Below are positions 9,223 through 17,585 of a stretch of DNA of 64,000 nt, piece by piece. Below the pieces are notes generated by a model that was given only the letters and a program-made list of their open reading frames with translations, searched no databases and was not told where the DNA came from. This DNA is from Bradymonadales bacterium (GTDB lineage Bacteria > Myxococcota_A > Bradymonadia > JAFGEP01): NCBI GenBank assembly GCA_016931535.1, contig JAFGEP010000096.1:104091-168090 (forward strand), in the 5' to 3' direction. The position numbers and the translations under genes are program-made. Positions within the stretch are counted from its first letter, which is position 1. Each line of letters starts with the position of its first letter.

Positions 9223-12162
9223 GTGAAATCGTTGCGAATCGAGGCGACCATGCCGGTGTCAGACCCTCTTTCTGCAACATCGATAGAAGCCTCGCGTTCT
9301 CCACGCGGTACCAGGCACGTCTGTGTGTGGTGGGTATGCGGCTCCTCTGGCCAGCAGACGGGAAACCCCGGCAGTCGCCAGGCGAGGGGCGGTATCCCGT
9401 CGATCTGTCTTGCGCTGCTGGCCCTCTCGTTGGGGTGGGCGACCTGGGGATGCAAGGTGGAAGTGGCCGAGGTCCATTGCCTTGCCAGCACCGACTGCCC
9501 CGACCCGGGACAGCAATGTGTGGGGGGCCGGTGTGTACAGACCGATGACGGGGTGGATACCGGAAAGGACACCGAAGAGGATGCCCAACTGGATATCGAC
9601 CTCCCCGATTCGCAAGTGGATGGGGAGGACCAGGAGGACCAGGTAGAGCTGTGTGACTTTCAGCCCTACTGCTCGAATGACGAGAAAACGCTGATCACCT
9701 GTGTATCCGGCATGGTGGTCAGCCAGGATTGTGGCTCCCTGCGCTGTTGTGATGACGCCTGCGTGGATGTGAACAGCTCCGTGGCGCACTGTGGGGGGTG
9801 CGGCGACCGTTGCCCCGGCGCCGAAGAGGGGGTGAGCTCCACCTGTGTCAATGGCAATTGCCAGTCCTCCTGTCTGCTGGGTCGCATGGACATGAACGGA
9901 GATCTGGCGGAGGACAACAGCGACGGTTGTGAATGCTCCCTGGTTGATCCGGTGGGCGACTGCCCTCACCATGACTGCGGCTCGGGCACCACGGAGGAGG
10001 ATCGCTGCGACCTGAGCTCGCGATACCTGTATGTGGCCCCTGCACCCCTGGGCAGCTCCAGTGGAGATGGGAGCGCCGCTCAACCGTTCAAGACTCTCGA
10101 TGCGGCTCTCTTGGCCGTGACGGAGGACCACAACGTCATCCTGGTGGCGTCGGGCATCTACAACCTGAACCAGAAGCCGATCCAGTATGACGGGGAGGTG
10201 GAGATCTGGATCGCCGGAGGTTTCGATCCCTCGACAGACTGGCAGCGGTCGGAGGAACACCCCAGCACGCTAGCGGGGGCCAACCCGGTTGTCGAGATCG
10301 CGGGGAGCGCTCCAAGTCACTGGGTCCACCTGGTTCTCCTGGCGGAGGATGGAAGGGACGGGGGCCAGGCGGGAGAATCGGGAGAGACCAGCATCGGGAT
10401 GGTGGCGGTCAACACCGACCTCTCTCTGCACGAAGTGGAAGTGATAGCGGGTGATGGCGGCCTGGGCCAGCACGGGGCCGCGGGTTCTTCCGGGGTCGAG
10501 GTGAGCGTGCGAGGTCAAGCCGCTCAACCGGGTCTCGACGAGTGTATCTGCAATACGAGCGACCGGTGCACCACGGGTACGGGGAACAATATCTGTCCGC
10601 GGGCCGGGGGTTTAGGAGGAGGGAGCAATACCTGTCGCGAGGTGCCACGCTCCCACACGCGGGGAGGAGCAGGGGGGAGAGGGAAATACGGCGCATTGGA
10701 TGCGATGCCGGGTACGGATGGCGGTCATCCGTATGGAGGACTGGGAGGTACAGTAGGTTCGGGGGTCTTTCAGAACGGAGGGGTGGGAGCTGACGGATCG
10801 GCGGGAGCGCCAGGCATTGGTGGTGGGCCGTTTGGATATGTCCGCGGCAATCGCTGGCATTCTTTGCCAGGTGGTACCGGTGGAGAGGGACAGCCGGGTT
10901 TCGGAGGTGGGGGAGGTGCCGGGAAGGACCATGCACAAGATGACCAGGTGGCTGGCGCCTCCGGCGGTGGGGGTGGATCGGGAGGTTGTGGCGGTGTCGG
11001 AGGCCAGGGGGGGGGCGGTGGCGGAGGGAGCATCGCACTGTTGCTGATCGATACGCGAGCCCTCCTGGATGGCGGCCGGTTGGAGTCGGGAGAAGGCGGC
11101 GATGGCAGCCACGGCGCACAGGGGGGGGTGAGTCAGCCGGGTGAGTCGGGTCAACTGGGGGGCGCATTTGTCAACGGCTTGGGGGAGACCGAGAGGGCCG
11201 GCTCTGGTGGCGACGGTGGTGACGGTGGCGATGGCGGCCACGGTGGAGGGGGGGCGGCCGGTCTGTCGGTCAGCCTGATGGCGGTCGGATACCAGGAGGC
11301 CATTCGCTGGCTGGAGTTGCCTGATCTGGTCCACGGAGCAGCGGGAGTGGGCGGTGATGGGGCGCCGGACTATCGACTGGATCTGGATGGGGATGGCCTG
11401 CCCGACACCGAGGTCCTCTCCTCGGGGTACATCGGATATGCCGGCTATTTCCTGCGGTACGGCGAGGCCAAGACGGAAAGCGAGGAATCTGGCCAGTGCC
11501 CGCGAGGGATGGTCGAGGACTCGTCGGGGGTGAGCATCGGAGGTTTGCAGAGCCAGGTGACCTACTGCATCGACATGGTCGAGGCCACACGGCCGATGGC
11601 GACCAGCACGCAGGCCGAGGATTCCGACTGGAGCTTTTCTGGAGCTCAGGCCATGGCAGGTTACCAGGTGCTGCCCTGGAACCAGGTCAACCTGGTCGAG
11701 TCGATCATCGCCTGCAGCCGGGCGGGGAAAACCCTGTGTCCCATCGGGTTCCAACAAAATACCTGCCGGGGCGGAGAGGCGAATCATCCCTATCCCTATG
11801 GAAGCCCTCATCAGCCTGGGTTATGCAATGACGCCAGCGGAGGCCAGGGGAGCGTGGCCGTCACCGGAGGATATCCGTTGTGCGTTTCCTCCACAGGACC
11901 GGTCTTCGACCTGACCGGCAACCTGGCCGAGTGGGCCATCTCCATCCTTCCGCTGATGGGCGTCGATACCACCGAAACCGCTTATGGCGCGGTGGGCGGC
12001 AGCTACCTGGACGACAAGAACGACTCGTGCTGCAGCGCCCTGGAGTGGCTTTCAGGGATGAACATGTACGTCCGCCGGGAGGACCTGGGATTTCGCTGCT
12101 GTATGATCGCGGGCCATCTGCTCGATCAGGAGTACGGGGCGGTCATCATTCACGACCAGTGA
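9223..12162 (+). CDS. Large secreted Cys-rich-repeat / Gly-rich protein with a C-terminal FGE-sulfatase (SUMF1-like) domain
   Basis: Lipobox-like LALLALSLGWATWGC. Myxococcales-type Cys-rich repeats (C..DC...C..G.C, e.g. CGGCGDRCPGAEEGVSSTCVNGNCQSSC). Long GGxGG glycine-rich stretches. C-terminal motifs GNLAEWA...VGGSY...RREDLGFRCC match the FGE/SUMF1 fold. The start is uncertain. Confidence 0.65.
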   Translation: MKSLRIEATMPVSDPLSATSIEASRSPRGTRHVCVWWVCGSSGQQTGNPGSRQARGGIPSICLALLALSLGWATWGCKVEVAEVHCLASTDCPDPGQQCVGGRCVQTDDGVDTGKDTEEDAQLDIDLPDSQVDGEDQEDQVELCDFQPYCSNDEKTLITCVSGMVVSQDCGSLRCCDDACVDVNSSVAHCGGCGDRCPGAEEGVSSTCVNGNCQSSCLLGRMDMNGDLAEDNSDGCECSLVDPVGDCPHHDCGSGTTEEDRCDLSSRYLYVAPAPLGSSSGDGSAAQPFKTLDAALLAVTEDHNVILVASGIYNLNQKPIQYDGEVEIWIAGGFDPSTDWQRSEEHPSTLAGANPVVEIAGSAPSHWVHLVLLAEDGRDGGQAGESGETSIGMVAVNTDLSLHEVEVIAGDGGLGQHGAAGSSGVEVSVRGQAAQPGLDECICNTSDRCTTGTGNNICPRAGGLGGGSNTCREVPRSHTRGGAGGRGKYGALDAMPGTDGGHPYGGLGGTVGSGVFQNGGVGADGSAGAPGIGGGPFGYVRGNRWHSLPGGTGGEGQPGFGGGGGAGKDHAQDDQVAGASGGGGGSGGCGGVGGQGGGGGGGSIALLLIDTRALLDGGRLESGEGGDGSHGAQGGVSQPGESGQLGGAFVNGLGETERAGSGGDGGDGGDGGHGGGGAAGLSVSLMAVGYQEAIRWLELPDLVHGAAGVGGDGAPDYRLDLDGDGLPDTEVLSSGYIGYAGYFLRYGEAKTESEESGQCPRGMVEDSSGVSIGGLQSQVTYCIDMVEATRPMATSTQAEDSDWSFSGAQAMAGYQVLPWNQVNLVESIIACSRAGKTLCPIGFQQNTCRGGEANHPYPYGSPHQPGLCNDASGGQGSVAVTGGYPLCVSSTGPVFDLTGNLAEWAISILPLMGVDTTETAYGAVGGSYLDDKNDSCCSALEWLSGMNMYVRREDLGFRCCMIAGHLLDQEYGAVIIHDQ

Positions 12163-12387
12163 CCGCGTCGCGCCAGCCCCTCATCTATCCCCGACTCTTG
12201 TTCACATCTGCCGATCCTTGTGTGGTTAGGCCGTAAATGCGGCGATCAGCCGCAGTTGGTTCTTGAAATCCGGGTAAAACCAGAGCCGACCATCGAACGG
12301 GTCGGCTTCAGGATCTTCCAGGCCGTTTCGCGGTCAGGAGAGGATGTGGAAGACCTTGGCGCAAAGTGCAATGTGATGGCCTTCTTT

Positions 12388-12412
12388 CGCCCCTTCGGGG
12401 CTTGCTTTTCGG
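12388..12412 (+). terminator. Candidate Rho-independent terminator hairpin (GCCCC-TTC-GGGGC followed by TTGCTTTTC)
   Basis: GC stem plus T-rich tail in the convergent intergenic region between 9223..12162 and the M20 hydrolase. A second perfect hairpin CCCCGGGC/GCCCGGGG lies at ~12425-12448. Confidence 0.3.
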
Positions 12413-12554
12413 TTCTCCTCTGTTACCCCGGGCTTCAGCCCGGGGTGTGCGGCATAGTTGCAGACCAAGCCCCGTTAGGGGCGACACCCGACACCTGTGT
12501 ATTTTGGGAAAACTCGCCCTTGTCGGTTGTCGTGACCCGAGATGTGATCAAGAG

Positions 12555-13787
12555 TCAGCATCTATCCAGGGCCGACCAGGTGGCACACAGGTGCTCCAGC
12601 AAGCCCGCCAGGTGCTGGACCGCATAGGGGATGCAGGTTTCATCCACGTCGAACTGGGCGCTGTGGATCGGATGGACAATCCCCTTGGCAGGGTTGGAGA
12701 CACCCAAAAAGAGATAGCAGCCCGGTACGGCCTGGCTGAACTGGTAAAAATCCTCCGATCCCAACATGGGCGGGATGACCGCGACCCCTTGGGGGCCAAC
12801 CGCCTGTTCCAGGAAGGCGCGGGCTTTCGCTTCCAGCTGGGGGTGGTTGATCACGGCCTGCGTGCTTTGCTGGATTTGCACCTCTCCTCTTCCACCAAAG
12901 GCTGGGGGGATCTCCGAGACAACCTGTCGAATGGCGCTCCTGACGGCCTGGCGTAGCTCGGGATCGAAGGTCCGCAGCGATCCGCACAGTTCGGCCTCAC
13001 CGGCGATCACGTTGTGGGCTGTTCCCGCCCGGATGGTTCCCAGGGTGAGGACGCAGGGGTTGCGGGGATCGACCACACGGCTGGGGAGGGAAAGCAACGC
13101 CTCGATGACCGGCGCCGCCATCCGGATGGTGTCCACCCCCTGGTAGGGATAGGCGCCGTGAGCGGACCGACCGAACAGGCGGACGGTGAGGATGTCGTTG
13201 GCCGCGAAAGCGCCCCCTTGGCCCAAGCCGAATCTCCCGACCGACAGGTCGGTGTGGCAGTGGATCGCGAAGATAGCGTCCACGCCATCCAGCGCCCCCT
13301 GTGCCACCATAGCCTCTGCGCCGATGGGCCCATCCGAGCGGGGTGGCGCCTCTTCGGACGGCTGGAAGAGGAAGCGGACCCTCCCCTGCAGCTCTGCCCT
13401 CCGCTCGGCCAGGGTTCGGGCGATTCCGATTGCGACGGCCAGGTGGACATCGTGTCCGCAGGCGTGCATGACCCCCGGTCGGCAGCTGCGATACGGGGTC
13501 TCGTTGACCTCGTCGATCGGCAAGGCGTCCATGTCGGCGCGATAGGCGAGCAGAGGGCCGGGGAGGTCTCCCTCGAGGTCGGCGATCACCCCGTAGCCTG
13601 CCACAGCCGTTCGAAGCCGAAGCCCGGCGGGTTGGAGCCAGGCGACGATCCGGGATGCGGTTTCCGCTTCCTGGCCGGACAGCTCGGGGTTCCGGTGAAA
13701 ATCCCGCCGCAGGTCGATCAGGAGCTCTGGTTTGAACATGGATGGCAAGAGGTCACCCATAAAAGCCAGGGCATCCGCCCCGGTCAT
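12555..13787 (-). CDS. M20-family amidohydrolase (N-acyl-L-amino-acid amidohydrolase / hippurate-hydrolase-like)
   Basis: M20D metal-binding motifs MHACGHDVH, FQPSEE and GGAFAAND...FGRSAHGAYPYQGVD. ATG at 13787 (MTGADALAFM...). Confidence 0.8.
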   Translation of the reverse strand: MTGADALAFMGDLLPSMFKPELLIDLRRDFHRNPELSGQEAETASRIVAWLQPAGLRLRTAVAGYGVIADLEGDLPGPLLAYRADMDALPIDEVNETPYRSCRPGVMHACGHDVHLAVAIGIARTLAERRAELQGRVRFLFQPSEEAPPRSDGPIGAEAMVAQGALDGVDAIFAIHCHTDLSVGRFGLGQGGAFAANDILTVRLFGRSAHGAYPYQGVDTIRMAAPVIEALLSLPSRVVDPRNPCVLTLGTIRAGTAHNVIAGEAELCGSLRTFDPELRQAVRSAIRQVVSEIPPAFGGRGEVQIQQSTQAVINHPQLEAKARAFLEQAVGPQGVAVIPPMLGSEDFYQFSQAVPGCYLFLGVSNPAKGIVHPIHSAQFDVDETCIPYAVQHLAGLLEHLCATWSALDRC

Positions 13788-14050
13788 TACGAACGCGTGG
13801 AGTCGAAGCGGGGGAATGCCTGGGCAAGACAGACCTCCGCAGGTTTTCCGTGCGTAAAATAGTAACGACTCGGGGCCAGGGTGACAATCCGGCAGGGCTT
13901 CCCCACCGGCTTGACCTTTCCTCACCGGTTACTGTGGACCGCTTCGGTGGCCTGTTGGCACTGTTTCTCTCTGGCAATTGGCTGCCCGAGCTTGCCAGCC
14001 CTGGGCTGGAGCAGGTACCATGGGAATGTCACAACCAAAGAGGGAACTGT

Positions 14051-14876
14051 CATGCATCCCAGCAGGCATTGGATCCGCCCGAGCGCGGTGGCGGGCCAGT
14101 TCTATCCGGGATCTCCTGCGGCATTGGAGGCCACTGTCAAGCGCCTGCTGTGGCCACACGAGCGGGAGGCAGCCCTGGCTGTCATCGCGCCGCACGCGGG
14201 ATTTCTCTACTCCGGTGCGACGGCGGGTCGGGTGTTTTCGCGGGTTCGGGTGCCGGATCGGGTGGTCATCGCTTGCCCCAATCACACGGGGTGGGGGGCA
14301 CCTTTGGCGGTCTGGCCCGAGGGGGCGTGGGAGATCCCAGGGGCAGCCATTCCGGTGGACGAGGAGCTGGCGTCGGCGATCATGGCGGAGGACAATCGGT
14401 TCCAGGCTGACAGGCAGGCCCACCTGATGGAGCATGCCGTCGAGGTGGAGCTGCCGTTTTTGCGCGCCCTGAACCCCGCCGTCCGGATCGTGCCGATCAC
14501 CATCGGGTCGTTTCCGCGAGAGAGCTTGATCGAACTGGGGATGGCCCTGGCCCACGTGGCCTGGGACCGATCCGAGGACCGGGAGATCCTGTTCGTGGCC
14601 TCAACCGACATGAGCCACTACGTCCCCGCAGCCGAGGCCGAGCGGTGCGATCGAATGGCATTGGACCGGATCGAAGCGCTCGATCCCAGGGGTCTCTACG
14701 ATACCTGTCACGAGCAAGCCATCTCGATGTGCGGAGTGGCACCCACGACCATGGTACTCACGGCGGCGGTGGAGCTTCACGCGACCTCGGCCAGGATCGT
14801 GGACTACACCCATAGCGGCATGGTGACCGGCGACGATAGGAAGGTGGTGGGATACGCTGGGGCGATCGTGAGCTGA
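14051..14876 (+). CDS. MEMO1-family protein (AmmeMemoRadiSam system protein B-like)
   Basis: MEMO signatures VIAPHAGFLYSG, MEHAVEVELPFL...RIVPITIGS and FVASTDMSHY. ATG 14051. Confidence 0.8.
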
Positions 14877-15265
14877 GGCTAGCTCATGGGCTGAGCCGGA
14901 TCGCCCTTTGAGGCGTCTGGGGTTGTCGCCTGCCTGACAGGTAGGATCACCCCCATCGGCGCTTCGCCCCCTGGATGCAGATCCAGTCAGCTTTGCGCCA
15001 TCTCCCCGGCTGGCACGACAAGCCGGGGAGTATCAGGCGTCGGTCATCTCCTGTTTGAGCAGCCACCAGCTGTCATCCTCGAAGCGATGAAGTAACAGCA
15101 CAAGGAGGCCTGAACGGGTGCGAACCTTGAAGTAGGCTCCCTCCGGATCATACCAGCGGTCGGAGATCCCCATCACCGGTTCGGGGGGGTCCTCCAGCCA
15201 GACAGCGCGGGGCTCCTCATCCGCCTTGTAGCCGGAGTAGGAATCGACCCGGATGCGCCGGCGGG

Positions 15266-15691
15266 TCAATCGGTCACCCCGATGACCGTCAAGCGGACGG
15301 TTCTTCTGCGTGGGCGGCTGTCCAGGTTGATGAGGATGGGTTGCTGCCAGGTGGAGAATGCCGCTCGTGCATCCACGACCGGCGCGCTGAGGGAGGGTCC
15401 CAACAGGGCTGCTCGCAGGTGGGAGAAGCCGTTGCCGTCTCCCCAACGGGCGTTGTGGGCATAGTCGGCGTCGATGGGCGCGATCCGATCGAGCGCTTTT
15501 TTCAGGTCGGCGAGGCAGCCGGACTCGAACTCGATGGTGGTCAGCGCCGCGGTGGAGCCTTCGGCAAAGAGGGTGATGATCCCCTGGCGGATCTTCGATT
15601 CTCGGATCGCCTGGTCCACCGCCTGGCTGAGATCGGCGGCGTCGAAAGGTGCCTTGAGATCGGTGCTGTAGGTTGTGTGATGGACGATCAT
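15266..15691 (-). CDS. YjbQ/UPF0047-family protein (secondary thiamine-phosphate-synthase-like)
   Basis: 141 aa, MIVHHTTYSTDLKAP...ITLFAEGSTAALTTIE...GNGFSHLRAALLGPS, typical of UPF0047. ATG confirmed at 15691. Confidence 0.75.
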   Translation of the reverse strand: MIVHHTTYSTDLKAPFDAADLSQAVDQAIRESKIRQGIITLFAEGSTAALTTIEFESGCLADLKKALDRIAPIDADYAHNARWGDGNGFSHLRAALLGPSLSAPVVDARAAFSTWQQPILINLDSRPRRRTVRLTVIGVTD

Positions 15692-15704
15692 GGTTCCGTG
15701 TGTG

Positions 15705-17078
15705 TCAGGAGGGCTCCTCCTTGGGTGGGTGGGGCAGGGAAGGGGAGCCGTCGTCTTTCTTTTCGGCGGGTGTGCCGTCTTCATTGTTTTTGGGGATCGG
15801 CTCGATGAGTACGCTGACGATGTGGGTGGGCTCGGCCTCCAAGACGGTGAACAGGTAGTTGTCGTGTTCGAGGTGGTGTCCGGCCTGGGGGATGGCTCCC
15901 AGCTGGTCGGTGAGAAAGCCGCCGAGGCTCTCGTAGTCGTGATCTTCGGGGAACTTGAAATCGAGCTCATCCTCCAGCTCGTACAAGCCGACGCGGGCGT
16001 CGGCAACCATACGGCCTAGCTTGTCGATCCGGATGATGGCCTCTTCCTGGTCGAACTCGTCGAGGATCTCGCCGAAGAACTCCTCGATGATGTCTTCCAG
16101 GGTCACCACGCCGGCGGTGCCGCCAAACTCATCCACGGCGATGGCCAGGTGGATCCGCCGTTGCTGGAACTCGGCGAGGAGCGAATCGACCTTCTTGGAG
16201 ATGGGGACGAAGACGGGGGTGTGCAGGTAGTCTCTGACCTGGAACTCTTCGGGCGCCTTGTTCGCCAGCAGGAAGCGAAGGACATCCTTGGCGTAGAACA
16301 CGCCGACGATGTCATCGACGTTCTCGGCGTAGACCGGAATGCGGGAGTGGCCGCAATCGACCAGGGTCTGCACCATGTCGTTGAAGGGGATGTCATCGGG
16401 GACGGCCACCATGTCCACCCGAGGGATCATCACCTCCTTGACGAGGGTATCCCCGTACTCGAAGACGGTGTGCAGCAGCCGTTCCTTGTCTTCGCCCAGG
16501 CTGCCTTCTCGGGTGCCGAGGTTGACCATGAACTCGATGTCGTCCTCGGTGACCGACTGCTGGTTGCCATCCAGCTCCTTACCGATAGCGCCACGGACGC
16601 CCGCCCTGATGAAGCGCACCATGAACAGGGTGAAGGGGTAGAACAGGTAGTAGGAGAGCTGGACAAAGCGCATGGCTTTGGGAGCGATGCGCTGGAAGTA
16701 GGCCTTGGAGAGGAGCTTGGGGGTGATCTCGCCGAAGGTGAGGATGAGAAAGGTCATCACGCCGATTGCCAGAGCCAGCGCCCAGCCCTCGGAGGATCCC
16801 TGTCCTTGGGGGTTGGCCAGCAGGTGGTAGGAGAGATTGGTGGCCAGGGCGGTGGCGGCGATGTTGACCAGGTTATTGCCGATGAGGATGGTGGTCAGGA
16901 CATGGAACGGCTTGTCTACCCACAGCTTGAGGGCGCGATGCTTGCGGGGGTTTTCCTCCAGCAGCTTGGCGCTTCCCACGGGGCCGAGCGCGGTGAGCGC
17001 CGTCTCGCTACCGGAGTAGATGCCGGAGAGGAGGACAAAAACCACGATGCCGAGAATTTCAAACCCCAAGCCGTCCAC
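15705..17078 (-). CDS. CNNM/CorC/TlyC-family transporter-associated protein (DUF21 + CBS pair + CorC_HlyC)
   Basis: Four N-terminal TM helices, the GEITPK motif, tandem CBS domains and a C-terminal CorC/HlyC transporter-associated domain. Confidence 0.8.
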   Translation of the reverse strand: MDGLGFEILGIVVFVLLSGIYSGSETALTALGPVGSAKLLEENPRKHRALKLWVDKPFHVLTTILIGNNLVNIAATALATNLSYHLLANPQGQGSSEGWALALAIGVMTFLILTFGEITPKLLSKAYFQRIAPKAMRFVQLSYYLFYPFTLFMVRFIRAGVRGAIGKELDGNQQSVTEDDIEFMVNLGTREGSLGEDKERLLHTVFEYGDTLVKEVMIPRVDMVAVPDDIPFNDMVQTLVDCGHSRIPVYAENVDDIVGVFYAKDVLRFLLANKAPEEFQVRDYLHTPVFVPISKKVDSLLAEFQQRRIHLAIAVDEFGGTAGVVTLEDIIEEFFGEILDEFDQEEAIIRIDKLGRMVADARVGLYELEDELDFKFPEDHDYESLGGFLTDQLGAIPQAGHHLEHDNYLFTVLEAEPTHIVSVLIEPIPKNNEDGTPAEKKDDGSPSLPHPPKEEPS

Positions 17079-17585
17079 AGTAACTCCGCGAGATCGGGCT
17101 CAAATCACCATGGACCGTGGCTCGCCCTTTCGGAGGCGTCCATGCTCTTCCGGTCGAGCCCGGATCGGCCCGACCACCGCCGCTGTGAGGGGAAAGATAT
17201 GAGTCCGCGAGATCCAACGTGTTCCAGTTCGTTTCCCCGCTGGGCCCGGGAACCCGGGCGCGATGCCCTGGTCGTTCCGAGTGACCGGAGCCCTACCTGG
17301 GGTGTTGCCGTGGCGCTCTCACTCCTGGAAGAGGTCCTGACGGACCCCGGCTTTCACCAGGGGAGGATTGTGCACACACTGCAACTCAATTTTCATCATG
17401 GCTGTTTTTACCGCCCTTGTCGAGATTCATCGAGCGGATTGTCCCGGTGAACCGGCAGGCTGTCAAGAAGCCGTTTCCTGGAGGCAAACCCGTCATCCTG
17501 TAACACTTGCGCAAAGACCACGCTCTATGGAAAAAGGTCTGATCTGTCGTTGGGTTGGGCTTCTGTTCACTGGCGAGGATATCAA

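Noticed and set aside
9259-11811. Long minus-strand ORFs (333 aa, 252 aa, 399 aa) inside 9223..12162
   Set aside because: Antisense to the Cys-rich/FGE protein. Pro/Arg/Gly-rich low-complexity translations typical of GC-rich antisense frames.
15033-15265. Small ORF downstream of the YjbQ-family gene (C-terminal ...MGISDRWYDPEGAYFKVRTRSGLLVLLLHRFEDDSWWLLKQEMTDA)
   Set aside because: Only ~46-75 aa, depending on start. No RBS or homology recognisable by eye. It could be a real small protein but cannot be supported.
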